Position numbers and translations under genes: made by a program. The notes under the pieces were generated by a model. It made no database searches and was not told the origin of the DNA. It worked only from the letters and a program-made list of their open reading frames with translations. DNA of 64,000 nucleotides from an uncultured Spirochaetota bacterium (lineage in GTDB: Bacteria; Spirochaetota; Spirochaetia; SZUA-6; Fen-1364): positions 352,001 to 416,000 of the forward strand of contig CAWAHW010000004.1 of NCBI GenBank assembly GCA_963781885.1, in the 5' to 3' direction. This document shows positions 37,386-46,847 of this stretch, one piece after another; the stretch's first letter is position 1, and every line of letters starts with the position of its first letter.

Positions 37386-38651
37386 CTATTTCTCGTTCGC
37401 GGTTGCAATCAGGCAGTGCAGCAGGACATTTGCGCCGGCCGCGCAATCCTCCCACGTGGTGTTTTCCACTTCCACGTGGCTGCGTCCGCCAATGCTCGGC
37501 ACGAACACCATGGCCGTGGGGCAGACCTGATTCATGTAGCTTGCGTCGTGACCGGCGCCGCTCACCATGTGCAGGTGGGAATATCCCAATTCCTTCGCGG
37601 TGTCCAGCACCCTTTGCACGAGCTTTTCGCTGAAGGGCGCATGCGGGCAGCGCCATGTTTCCTCGATTCGCAGGGGGGTGCCACGCCGCGCCGCGATGGC
37701 GGCGAAATCCTTTTTCAGAAGCTCCCATGCCTTCACGGCATGCTCGTCATCCCAGGACCGTATGTCCACCGTGAAATGCACCTTGTCGGGGATGATGTTG
37801 CGCGAGTTTGGCCCGTTCTGTATCTCGCCGACGGTGGCCACCATGTCGCCACGGTACGCCGTGGATTTGTCGCCTTTCATCCTCCCGGGCAGCGTGTTGA
37901 CCGCCAGGATCATCTCCGCCGCGGAGCACAGCGCGTCGTGACGGCCCTCCATCGGCGTCGGCCCGACCTGGTTCGCCTCCCCTTCCAGATACACGTCGTA
38001 CCAGTGCAGGCACAGGATGCCCTTGGGCACCCCGATGGTCTTTCCCTGCCGCTCCAGCAGCGGGCCCTGCTCGATGTGAAACTCGTAGTAGGCGTGCGTG
38101 GGCCACTTTTTTGCCGGCGCGCTTCCCTTGTAACCGATGCGCACCAGCTCGTCTCCCAGCTTCTTCCCGTCCCTATCCGTGCGGGCGTAGACCCAGTCGC
38201 GCTCCAGCGCGCCTGCCCACACCCCCGAGGCAACCATGGCCGGTGCGAAGCGCGAGCCTTCCTCATTCGTCCAGTCCACGATGATGAGGGGCCGCTCCGT
38301 CTCCACGTGGTTGTCGTGCAGCGTGCGCATGACTTCCAGGGTGCCCATGACCCCGAGGATCCCGTCGAATCTCCCGCCCCGGGGCTGCGAGTCCACGTGC
38401 GATCCGCTCATGACCGGCGGCAGGCTGTCGTTGCGGCCCTTTCTCCTGCCGAATATGTTGCCCATCTCGTCGATGGTGACGGTAAGGTCGATCTCTTTCA
38501 GCCATTGAACGAAAAGGTCGCGGGCGCGCTTGTCCTCATCCGAGAGGGTGAGCCTCTGCACGCCCCCCGCCGGTGTCGCCCCGATCTTCGCCATCTCTTC
38601 GAGGCTTCGTCGCAGGCGGCCGGCATCGATCCGCAGCTTCGCTGTATCCAT
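37386..38651 (-). CDS. Zn-dependent M20 amidohydrolase (beta-ureidopropionase / N-carbamoyl-L-amino acid hydrolase)
   Basis: GSHVDSQ, GRFDG, NEEGSRF, EFHIEQGP, SGAGHDA; ATG 38651 after GGAG. Confidence 0.9.
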   Translation of the reverse strand: MDTAKLRIDAGRLRRSLEEMAKIGATPAGGVQRLTLSDEDKRARDLFVQWLKEIDLTVTIDEMGNIFGRRKGRNDSLPPVMSGSHVDSQPRGGRFDGILGVMGTLEVMRTLHDNHVETERPLIIVDWTNEEGSRFAPAMVASGVWAGALERDWVYARTDRDGKKLGDELVRIGYKGSAPAKKWPTHAYYEFHIEQGPLLERQGKTIGVPKGILCLHWYDVYLEGEANQVGPTPMEGRHDALCSAAEMILAVNTLPGRMKGDKSTAYRGDMVATVGEIQNGPNSRNIIPDKVHFTVDIRSWDDEHAVKAWELLKKDFAAIAARRGTPLRIEETWRCPHAPFSEKLVQRVLDTAKELGYSHLHMVSGAGHDASYMNQVCPTAMVFVPSIGGRSHVEVENTTWEDCAAGANVLLHCLIATANEK

Positions 38652-38680
38652 GGGTTCTCCTCCCGGCCGGATTAATTCGG

Positions 38681-40072
38681 CTAGAAAAGGGCGATGGGGT
38701 CGCGCTTCACGAACCTGCCTTTCCCGACCTCGCCGACGAACTTTATCTGGTCGCCCGACCACTCCGCCACCTTCCTGCCGCGGGAGTAGACGATCTGGGG
38801 CATGCCGGTCATCTTCCAGCCTTCCCAGGGGGTGTAATCCACGTTCTGGTGCAGCTTCTTCTGGGTGATCGTGAACTCCCTCTTCGGGTCGAAGACGACG
38901 ATATCGGCATCCTTGCCCGGGGCGATGGCGCCCTTGTTCGTCAGACCGAACATCCGGGCGGTGCCCGTGGACAGCACGTCCACCATGCGCTCCTTCGTGA
39001 TGCGGCCCTTCACGACGCCTTCCGTGTGCAGGAGCATCAACATGGTTTCGATGCCGGGTGCGCCGTTGGGAATCACCTTGTAGTCGTTCTTGCCGTTCAT
39101 GTCCTTCTGGCCCTTGAAGTTGAACGGGCAGTGATCCGTGCCGACGGTCTGCACGTCGCCGTCCCGCAGCCCGAGCCACAGCTCGTCCAGGCTTTCCTGC
39201 GGCCGCAGCGGCGGGGACATGACGTATTTCGCGCCGTTCCAGTCCGGTTCGTTGTACCTGTCCTCCGTGAAGGTGAGGTACTGGGGGCAGGTCTCCGCGT
39301 AGACCCGCAGGCCGCGATCGCGCGCCTTCTTGACCTTCCACATCCCCTGGCCCGAGGAGAGGTGCACGATGTAGATCCTGCTGCCGGTGAACTCCACGGC
39401 CTTCGTGGCGCGGTCAACGGCTTCCTCCTCCGCCATGATGGCGTGGGCCTTCGCATGATAGATCGGTGAAAGCTTTCCTTCCGCGGCGAACTGCTCGTTC
39501 AGACGGCGGATCATGTCGAAGCTCTCCGCGTGCACCTGCACCAGTCCACCGTACTTCTTCGTCTCTTCGAGGAGCCGGATCATTGCATAGTCGTCGACCC
39601 GGAAATCATAGAAGAGGAAAATCTTGAAGCTGGGCGTGCCATAATCGTTGATGGCCTTCTTCACCTCGTCGAAGACGTCGGGGCGCGCATCGGTGACCCC
39701 GGGATGGATGCTGTAGTCCACCACGGTCTTCCCGTCGGCCTTGCCTTTCTGCCGGTCCACCGCATCCTGCAGGCTCTCCCCCTTGTTCTGGAGGTTGAAG
39801 TCCACGATGCAGGTCGTTCCGCCGCAGGCAGCCGCGATGGAGCCCGTCTTCCAGTCGTCGGAAGACGTGGTCCCCATGAAGGGCATGGCGATGTGCGTAT
39901 GCGGGTCGATGGCGCCGGGCAGGATGTACTTGCCCGTGGCATCCACGGTTTCATCCGCCTTCACGGTGAGACCCGCGCCGATGGTCTTGATGGCGTCCCC
40001 TTCCACGAACACGTCCGCGACGTAGGACCCGCTGGCCGTCACGATGCACCCGTTCTTCAACAGCACGCTCAT
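38681..40072 (-). CDS. hydA: Dihydropyrimidinase
   Basis: PGAIDPHTH, AACGGTT, SFKIF, VHAE, ETCPQYL, KYVMSPPLR, TDHCPF. Confidence 0.95.
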   Translation of the reverse strand: MSVLLKNGCIVTASGSYVADVFVEGDAIKTIGAGLTVKADETVDATGKYILPGAIDPHTHIAMPFMGTTSSDDWKTGSIAAACGGTTCIVDFNLQNKGESLQDAVDRQKGKADGKTVVDYSIHPGVTDARPDVFDEVKKAINDYGTPSFKIFLFYDFRVDDYAMIRLLEETKKYGGLVQVHAESFDMIRRLNEQFAAEGKLSPIYHAKAHAIMAEEEAVDRATKAVEFTGSRIYIVHLSSGQGMWKVKKARDRGLRVYAETCPQYLTFTEDRYNEPDWNGAKYVMSPPLRPQESLDELWLGLRDGDVQTVGTDHCPFNFKGQKDMNGKNDYKVIPNGAPGIETMLMLLHTEGVVKGRITKERMVDVLSTGTARMFGLTNKGAIAPGKDADIVVFDPKREFTITQKKLHQNVDYTPWEGWKMTGMPQIVYSRGRKVAEWSGDQIKFVGEVGKGRFVKRDPIALF

Positions 40073-40103
40073 ACTCGTCCCCTTTCGCTTTTCGCTGGAA
40101 TAC

Positions 40104-41396
40104 TCACGCGGTCGCCATGGGCGACAGCTTCACCTGCCTCTCCATCCCCTTGTCCATGACGGCCGTGGGCCGGCGTGTCCAGCCCGCCGGCATCTCCTTG
40201 TGCGTGATGAGACCCGGCACGGGACAGATGAAGCTGCAGATCATGCAGCTCAGACACTTGTCCTCCACCAGCTTCGGCCGGCGCCTCTCCGCGTCCCATT
40301 CCAACGCCTGGCCGCCGGCGTCACGGCAGACGATGAAGCACTGGCCGCAGCCCACGCAGCGGTCCATGTCGTAGGCGGCAATTCCCTGGCGTTTCAGGTC
40401 GAAATGATCGGTGGTCTGCAGCTTGGGCAGCGCCTTGCCGATCAGGTCCTCCACACGCGTGATCCCACGGGAGACCATGTAATCCGACAACCCCTCCAGG
40501 ATGTCGCGCACGATGCGATAGCCGTACTTGATGACGCCCGTGGTGACCTGCACGATGGATGCGCCGACCAGGAGATACTCCAGCGCGTCGATCCACGTCT
40601 CCACGCCGCCCATGCCGGACAGCGGAAGGCCGAGCTCGGCGCATTGCGCCATCTCCGCAATGAAGTGCAGCGCGATGGGCTTTATGGCCGCGCCCGAGTA
40701 CCCGCTCATGGCGCCCACGCCGAAGACGTTCGGCTTTGCCACCCAATCGTCCAGCCCGATCTCCGAGATGCCGCGGAGCGTATTCACCGCGGAGATCGCA
40801 TCGGCCCCGCCCTTCTTTGCAAAAAGCGCGGGCTCCGTCATGTCGGTGATGTTCGGCGTCATCTTCGCCATGACGGGAACCTTCACCGCCTTTTTCACCG
40901 TGGCGGTGAACTTCTCCAGCAGGTGGAACGCCTGCCCCACCTTGTGACCCGAGCCCTCCACGGTCATGTGCGGGCAGGAGAAGTTGAGCTCCAGCATGTC
41001 GGCGCCATGGTCCGCCGCCGCCTTTGCAAGGTATGCCCATTCATCGTTGGAGAAGCCCATGATGCTCGCGATGATCGGGTGATCGGGATACCGCTTTTTC
41101 AGGTACAGGAAATCCGCGAGGTTGTCCTTCAGGGGCCTGTCGGAGATCTGCTCCACGTTCTGCAGGCCGATGAGCCTCTTGGCCTCGTAATGATACGCGT
41201 TCATCCGCGGCGACGGATGGATGATGGGAATGCGGTCCGAGTTCAGCGTCTTGTAGCAGACCCCTCCCCAGCCTTCCGCGTACGCCTTCTCCACCATCTC
41301 CGCGCTGTTCGACACCGGTGAGGAGGAGAGGATGAAGGGGTTGGGAAATCGAACCCCGCAGAAGCTCACGGACATATCGAGGTGAGTATTGGACAT
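40104..41396 (-). CDS. preA: NAD-dependent dihydropyrimidine dehydrogenase subunit PreA
   Basis: GLQNVEQISD, ELNFSCPH, KMTPNITD, GYSGAAIKPIAL; two C-terminal 4Fe-4S motifs. Confidence 0.93.
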   Translation of the reverse strand: MSNTHLDMSVSFCGVRFPNPFILSSSPVSNSAEMVEKAYAEGWGGVCYKTLNSDRIPIIHPSPRMNAYHYEAKRLIGLQNVEQISDRPLKDNLADFLYLKKRYPDHPIIASIMGFSNDEWAYLAKAAADHGADMLELNFSCPHMTVEGSGHKVGQAFHLLEKFTATVKKAVKVPVMAKMTPNITDMTEPALFAKKGGADAISAVNTLRGISEIGLDDWVAKPNVFGVGAMSGYSGAAIKPIALHFIAEMAQCAELGLPLSGMGGVETWIDALEYLLVGASIVQVTTGVIKYGYRIVRDILEGLSDYMVSRGITRVEDLIGKALPKLQTTDHFDLKRQGIAAYDMDRCVGCGQCFIVCRDAGGQALEWDAERRRPKLVEDKCLSCMICSFICPVPGLITHKEMPAGWTRRPTAVMDKGMERQVKLSPMATA

Positions 41397-41406
41397 GGTG
41401 CGCCTC

Positions 41407-42726
41407 CTATTCCAGCGACGCCCGGATGGCCCGGGCCGCAAGCTTGCCGTCCTGTACCGCTTCCACGACCAGCCCCGGACCGCGCGCGATGTCGCCGCCC
41501 GCAAAGATCGTCCGGGCCGAGGTGGCCCCCGTCGTCCTGTCCGTGACGATCAGGCCCGCCTGGTCCACCTTCACGATGCCCCGCCACTCCGCGGCATCCG
41601 GCCTGTTGCCGATCGCCTCGATCACGACCTGGGCATCCAGGGTCCAGTCGGAGCCCTTGATCTCCTGCGGCTTCCTGCGCCCCGAGCTGTCCGGGTCGCC
41701 GAGCTGGGTGCGGACGAGCTTCACGCCCGTGACCTCCCCCGCGGCGCTCACCGCGTAGCCGACCGGCTGGTTCAACATGAGGAAATGGGCGCCGAGGCGC
41801 AGCGCGGCCAGCCGCTCGTCCTCCTCCGCCGGCATCTGGGCAAAGGATCGGCGATAGACGAGGTATGCGTCCCGCGCCCCGAGCTTTGCTGCCGACTCTA
41901 TGCAGTCCATGGCGACGCTGCCGCCGCCGATGACGGCAACCACCTTGCCCTCCACGAGACGGGCCATCGCTGCCTGCTTCCCGTCATCACGCAAGGCTGC
42001 CAGGAATTCCACCGACGTGATAACGCCCGTGGCCCTTTCGCCTCCCGGGATGCGGTCGGCCGCCCAGAGCCCCGGGGCCAGGAAGACCGCCTTGAACCCT
42101 TCTGCCAGAAGCTTTTGCGCGCCGGCAGCACCATCGATGCGTGCGTGACAGACGAACTTCACGCCCAGATGCTCGAGGTCCGCCAGCTCGTGCAGGAGAA
42201 AATCATGGTCGAACCTGTAGGCCGGCACGCCGTAGCGGATCACGCCGCCCGGTTGGCCGCGCTCCTCGAACACGGTCACGGCGTATCCGCCCAGAGCGAG
42301 CTCCGCGGCGCAGGAGAGTCCGGCGGGGCCGGACCCGACCACCGCGACCTTCCCCCGGGTCAGGGCGGGTTTGGGCAGTGGCTGGAAACCGATCTTCCAC
42401 GCGTGTTCCACAAGAGCGCGTTGGATTTTGCCTATCTCCACGGGCCTTCCGATGCCCGTCGCGCTGCATTCCGCCTCACAGAGCCGGGCGGTCGGGCAGA
42501 GGACACCGCAGGCGCCGCCGAGGATGTTGTTCATCTTCACCGTGCGAATGGCGCCGGTGACGTTGTGGAGGCGCAGCTTGCGGATGAATGCGCCCGGGTC
42601 GGTCTCCGCGGGGCAACCGCGCGAGCAGGGGGGATCATGGCAGAGAAGGCAGCGATCCGCCTCGGCGACGGCTTGGGCGATATCGAAGCCCTTTTCCATC
42701 AGCGGGGAGAGCCCGGCATTGCTCAT
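41407..42726 (-). CDS. preT: Dihydropyrimidine dehydrogenase subunit PreT (GltD-like)
   Basis: EADRCLLC...CSRGCP, GSGPAGL, YGVPAYR, GGGSVAMD, AGGD; directly upstream of preA. Confidence 0.9.
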   Translation of the reverse strand: MSNAGLSPLMEKGFDIAQAVAEADRCLLCHDPPCSRGCPAETDPGAFIRKLRLHNVTGAIRTVKMNNILGGACGVLCPTARLCEAECSATGIGRPVEIGKIQRALVEHAWKIGFQPLPKPALTRGKVAVVGSGPAGLSCAAELALGGYAVTVFEERGQPGGVIRYGVPAYRFDHDFLLHELADLEHLGVKFVCHARIDGAAGAQKLLAEGFKAVFLAPGLWAADRIPGGERATGVITSVEFLAALRDDGKQAAMARLVEGKVVAVIGGGSVAMDCIESAAKLGARDAYLVYRRSFAQMPAEEDERLAALRLGAHFLMLNQPVGYAVSAAGEVTGVKLVRTQLGDPDSSGRRKPQEIKGSDWTLDAQVVIEAIGNRPDAAEWRGIVKVDQAGLIVTDRTTGATSARTIFAGGDIARGPGLVVEAVQDGKLAARAIRASLE

Positions 42727-42870
42727 GAAGAGCCTCCTGTGGAAAAAAATCACCCGCGGCGAGGGAAGCACGCGGGAAAATGCCTGCCTCATCAATCCGG
42801 GAACGGTGCTTCTCAGTGTGTGAATGATGGCGCGCCGGCTCGTTCGATCCGGACCGGCGCGGACGAAAGC

Positions 42871-42958
42871 AGTATAGGACCCGTCAGGGCATTTGTAAAT
42901 AAAAATCTATGCGATGGACAAATTCCCTTTGACGAGCTGTCTTGCCATCACCTATAAT
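42871..42958. promoter_or_regulatory. Divergent sigma70-type promoters for the preT operon (-) and nitrilase gene (+)
   Basis: Minus: TTTACA-N17-TATACT (42899-42871). Plus: TTGACG-N18-TATAAT (42929-42958). Confidence 0.65.
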
Positions 42959-42993
42959 CCGTCGCATCCTCATCGCCTGAAAGGAGCGCACCA

Positions 42994-43863
42994 ATGCCAC
43001 GCACCATCCGCTGCGGATTGATCCAGGCATCCAATCCCCTGCACGAAGGCTCGCTCGCCGAGATCAAGGAGGCCATGATCCGAAAGCACCTGCCCCTCAT
43101 CGATGAGGCGGGCAGGAAAGGGGTCCAGATCCTCTGCCTGCAGGAGCTCTTCCACGGCCCCTACTTCGCGGCCGAGCAGGACATCAAGTGGTACAAGACG
43201 GCGGAGCCCGTTCCCGGACCCATCACGGAGCGCCTGGCGCCGATCGCGCGCAAGAACAAGATGGTGATGATCGTTCCCGTCTACGAGATGGAACAGGAGG
43301 GCGTCTACTTCAACACTGCCGCGGTGATCGATGCAGATGGCTCCTATCTTGGCAAGATGCGAAAAGTGCACATCCCGCACACCTACCCCGCGTTCTGGGA
43401 GAAGTTCTATTTCAAGCCGGGCACGCTGGGCTTCCCCGTTTTCCAGACCGCCTACGCGAAGATCGGAATCTACATCTGCTATGACCGGCATTTCCCCGAG
43501 TGCGCGCGCATCCTCGCGCTGAAGGGGGCCGAAATCCTTTTCAACCCCTCGGCGACGACAGAGGGCAAGTCACGCTACCTCTGGGAGCTGGAGCAGCCGG
43601 CACAGGCCGTGGCGAACGGGGTCTTCATCGGCGCAAACAACCGTGTGGGGCTGGAGAAGCCGTGGGAGTTCGGGAAGTTCTACGGCTGCAGCTATTTCGT
43701 GGACCCCCGCGGCAAGATATTGGTCAGGGGCTCGGAGGACAAGGACGAGGTCGTCGTTGCCGACCTTGACCTGGACCAGATCCGCGAGGTTCGCGACGGC
43801 TGGCAGTTCTTCCGCGACCGCAGACCCGAGCTGTACGCGGAAATCGGGGAGCAGCGGCCGTAG
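42994..43863 (+). CDS. Nitrilase-family carbon-nitrogen hydrolase (beta-ureidopropionase-like)
   Basis: CLQELF, RKVHIPH, FWEKFYF, YICYDRHFPE (Glu-Lys-Cys triad), FFRDRRPELY. Confidence 0.88.
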   Translation: MPRTIRCGLIQASNPLHEGSLAEIKEAMIRKHLPLIDEAGRKGVQILCLQELFHGPYFAAEQDIKWYKTAEPVPGPITERLAPIARKNKMVMIVPVYEMEQEGVYFNTAAVIDADGSYLGKMRKVHIPHTYPAFWEKFYFKPGTLGFPVFQTAYAKIGIYICYDRHFPECARILALKGAEILFNPSATTEGKSRYLWELEQPAQAVANGVFIGANNRVGLEKPWEFGKFYGCSYFVDPRGKILVRGSEDKDEVVVADLDLDQIREVRDGWQFFRDRRPELYAEIGEQRP

Positions 43864-43995
43864 ACATGGATGTCGAGCTGCGCCGAGTCCATGGATGGAC
43901 GGAAGGCGCAGCGCAGCCCCGCCGCGAGCTTGCGGCGTTGGAAGCGTCGCGCGGTACGCCGCGCGGAGGGCGGCAGCCGACCCTCCATCGCCCTC

Positions 43996-45048
43996 CTACC
44001 TGACAAACAGGAGCACGACGAAGCAGCTCGTCATGAGCACCATGCCGACGGGCACGCCGATCTTTGCCCATTCCTGCGCGCCGATCTTCAGGCGGCCTGC
44101 CGCGATGATGTTGGGGATGTTGCCGGGCACGAGCATGCCGCCGGCGATCAGGAGGCCCATCAGCGCGGCGACGATCTGGTTGAGCTGCAGCGCCGGCACG
44201 ATCTCGGCGGCCGTCAACGTCGCGTTGTCGAGGATCGCGGAGACGATATTTGCCCAGAACAGGGCGAGGTGCGACACGGAGCCGGCGAACCGGTCGATGA
44301 TCGGGGTGAAACCGGTCCCAAGCAGCACGAGACCGTAGACGAAAACATAGACCTTGCCGGTACGGATGAAGACCTCGCCGAGCTTCTCGGGGCCCTCTTC
44401 CGGTTCATCCTCCGCCTTTTCCAGCCCCGCGCGCATGATGAAGATTGCCGCCAGGCCGCAGAGGGCAATGCCGGGGATGACGTACATCCAGAGCTTTCTC
44501 AGCAAGAACCAGAAATCCGCGTGGTAAGGCTCTCCGGAGAGCTTGGAGATGGCGATGGTTGCCAGGGGTTCGCCAAAAGGCGTGAGCGCCGCACCCAGGC
44601 CGATGGAGAAGCACGCGAGCACGACCAGACGGATTTCCGTCCTCCGCGGGAGGTGCATTGACCGCACGATCTCCACGAGCACGAGCGCGGCGATAATTGC
44701 CGTGATGAAGCTGGAGGCGAGGCCGACAAGGATGACCAGGCCCACTGCCATGATCCGCAGCCCCATGAATATCCGCAGCCGCCCGATTCCCTTGTGAAGG
44801 GACGGGCGCAGGAAATGGAAAAGGAGACCTGCCACGAGCACAGCGCCCGTGATCTTCAGCGGCTCGACCAGTGCATCCAGCACGAGGTGGATGCTCCACT
44901 GCGATGTCACCGTGACCGCCAGGGCCCCAATGATGAAAAGGAATATCTCCAGCTGCTCGCCCACCTTCTTCACGAAGAGCGGAAGAAGCATCACGACCAG
45001 CCCGATTGCGATCATGCCGTCGTCGGTAATCGTCACTCCCGTCGCCAC
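43996..45048 (-). CDS. DUF1646 family putative cation transporter
   Basis: GLGAALTPFGEPLATI, SAILDNATLTAAEI, GGMLVPGNIPNII; start uncertain. Confidence 0.8.
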   Translation of the reverse strand: MATGVTITDDGMIAIGLVVMLLPLFVKKVGEQLEIFLFIIGALAVTVTSQWSIHLVLDALVEPLKITGAVLVAGLLFHFLRPSLHKGIGRLRIFMGLRIMAVGLVILVGLASSFITAIIAALVLVEIVRSMHLPRRTEIRLVVLACFSIGLGAALTPFGEPLATIAISKLSGEPYHADFWFLLRKLWMYVIPGIALCGLAAIFIMRAGLEKAEDEPEEGPEKLGEVFIRTGKVYVFVYGLVLLGTGFTPIIDRFAGSVSHLALFWANIVSAILDNATLTAAEIVPALQLNQIVAALMGLLIAGGMLVPGNIPNIIAAGRLKIGAQEWAKIGVPVGMVLMTSCFVVLLFVR

Positions 45049-45266
45049 CTTGTCCGCACACTATCGCTTAAAAATATGCGCCGTGTGAAGAGATATGCAT
45101 TTTTTTCTTGACAACGAGAATTCAGCGTGCAACTATCCATACTTAATAAATTGGCAAGGCAAGCGGCAATCGAGATCGGCCGTTCCCGATGGCCGCGCTC
45201 TCTACTCCTGTTACCGGGCATTCTCACCCAGTGGTGAGCCAATATTTTCCCAAAAGGAGCGTTGTC

Positions 45267-46727
45267 ATGCCCGAACAGATGTACGAGCTGAAGCGTGATG
45301 TCACACAGAATCACCGACTCTACAACAAGGACCTCGCGCCGACGGCGATCAAGCAGCGCAAGTGGGGGACGTACAATTTCGCTGCCCTTTGGATCGGCAT
45401 GGCGCACTGCGTTCCCACCTATGCACTGGCTGGCGGTCTGATCGCCCTTGGCATGGATTGGAAGCAGGCCTTGTTCACGATCACGTTGGGAAACCTGATC
45501 GTCCTCGTTCCCATGCTGCTGAACGCGCATCCTGGCACCAAGTACGGCATTCCGTTCCCTGTCTTTGCCCGGGCCTCGTTCGGGGTTTTCGGGGCCAACA
45601 TTCCCGCCCTTCTGCGCGCCATCGTTGCCTGCGGATGGTTCGGGATCAACACCTATATCGGCTCCCTGGCAATCGACATCTTCCTGGGCAAGCTCGTTCC
45701 CGGGTGGAGCGGCATCGGCGGTTCATTGACCTTCGCCTTCGGATTGACCGTCCACGGCGCCATCGCATTCCTGGTCTTCTGGGCCTTCCAGATCTATATC
45801 ATCATGCGCGGCATGGACGCGGTGCGGATATTCGAGAACTGGGCAGCCCCCTTCGTCATCCTGCTTGGCCTTGCCCTGGTCATCTGGATGATCACGGCAG
45901 CCAAGGGATTCGGCCCGCTTCTTTCCCAGCCCAGCAAGTTCAAGAGCGGCGCCGAGTTCTTCAAGATCTTCATTCCGTCCCTGACGGGCATGGTCGGGTT
46001 CTGGGCCACCTTGTCCCTGAACATTCCCGACTTCACCCGGTTCGGCAAGGGTCAGAAGGAGCAGATGATCGGGCAGGCCATCGGTCTCCCCCCGACGATG
46101 CTCGTCTTCTCCGCCTTTGGCGTCATCATTACGTCGGCGTCCGCCATCGTGTTCGGCGAGGCCATCTGGGACCCGGCAACGCTCCTCAGCAAGTTCAACA
46201 ACCCGATCACGCTGGTCCTGGCCTTGATCGGTCTCGTCGTGGCGTCCCTGTCGGTGAATATTGCCGCCAACACGGTATCGCCGGCGAATGACTTCTCGAA
46301 CACCGTTCCCAAGCACATCAGCTTCAAGATGGGCGGCGTGATCACGGGCATAATTGGCATCCTGATCATGCCCTGGAGACTGCTCGCGGATCCCAGCGGA
46401 TACATCTTCGGCTGGCTCGGCACCTACTCGGGCTTCCTGGGCCCCATCGCGGGCGTGCTCATCGCCGACTACTGGGTCATCCGCCATACGAACCTGAATC
46501 TTGAAGACCTCTACACGGAAAAGGGCGGCGTCTACGGGTTCACGCGGGGGTTCAACATCCGGGCGATCATCGCGCTGGCCGCGGGTGTCGTTGTTGCCCT
46601 CATCGGCACAATCGTGAAGCCTCTGCACTTCCTCTTCGATTACGCCTGGTTCGTCGGATTCGCGGTTTCGTTCTTGGTCCAGTGGATCCTCATGGCCGGA
46701 CGGGCGGAGCCCAAACTCGCCACCTGA
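45267..46727 (+). CDS. NCS1 nucleobase:cation symporter (probable uracil/pyrimidine permease)
   Basis: GTKYGIPFPV, RAIVACGWFGI, FWATLSLNIPDFTR, NIAANTVSPAND. Confidence 0.92.
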   Translation: MPEQMYELKRDVTQNHRLYNKDLAPTAIKQRKWGTYNFAALWIGMAHCVPTYALAGGLIALGMDWKQALFTITLGNLIVLVPMLLNAHPGTKYGIPFPVFARASFGVFGANIPALLRAIVACGWFGINTYIGSLAIDIFLGKLVPGWSGIGGSLTFAFGLTVHGAIAFLVFWAFQIYIIMRGMDAVRIFENWAAPFVILLGLALVIWMITAAKGFGPLLSQPSKFKSGAEFFKIFIPSLTGMVGFWATLSLNIPDFTRFGKGQKEQMIGQAIGLPPTMLVFSAFGVIITSASAIVFGEAIWDPATLLSKFNNPITLVLALIGLVVASLSVNIAANTVSPANDFSNTVPKHISFKMGGVITGIIGILIMPWRLLADPSGYIFGWLGTYSGFLGPIAGVLIADYWVIRHTNLNLEDLYTEKGGVYGFTRGFNIRAIIALAAGVVVALIGTIVKPLHFLFDYAWFVGFAVSFLVQWILMAGRAEPKLAT

Positions 46728-46750
46728 CGCCGACTTTCACCACGGATTTC

Positions 46751-46790
46751 GCAAGCCCGTCGCGGTCTCCGCGGTGGGCTTGCTTTTTTT
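46751..46790 (+). terminator. Rho-independent terminator
   Basis: GCAAGCCC...GGGCTTGC followed by T7. Confidence 0.75.
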
Positions 46791-46847
46791 GCGGCGCCCG
46801 GGAAATACTGGTCCTGGGTGCTGATACCGCAGCACAGGAGGAACACC

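Noticed and set aside
37386-39341. 651-aa ORF in the track
   Set aside because: The N-terminal 230 aa are an off-frame overlap with hydA; the real start is ATG 38651
45049-45120. Na+ (DUF1646) riboswitch upstream of the DUF1646 gene
   Set aside because: The upstream sequence is short, AT-rich and promoter-like, with no convincing structure; not formally scanned
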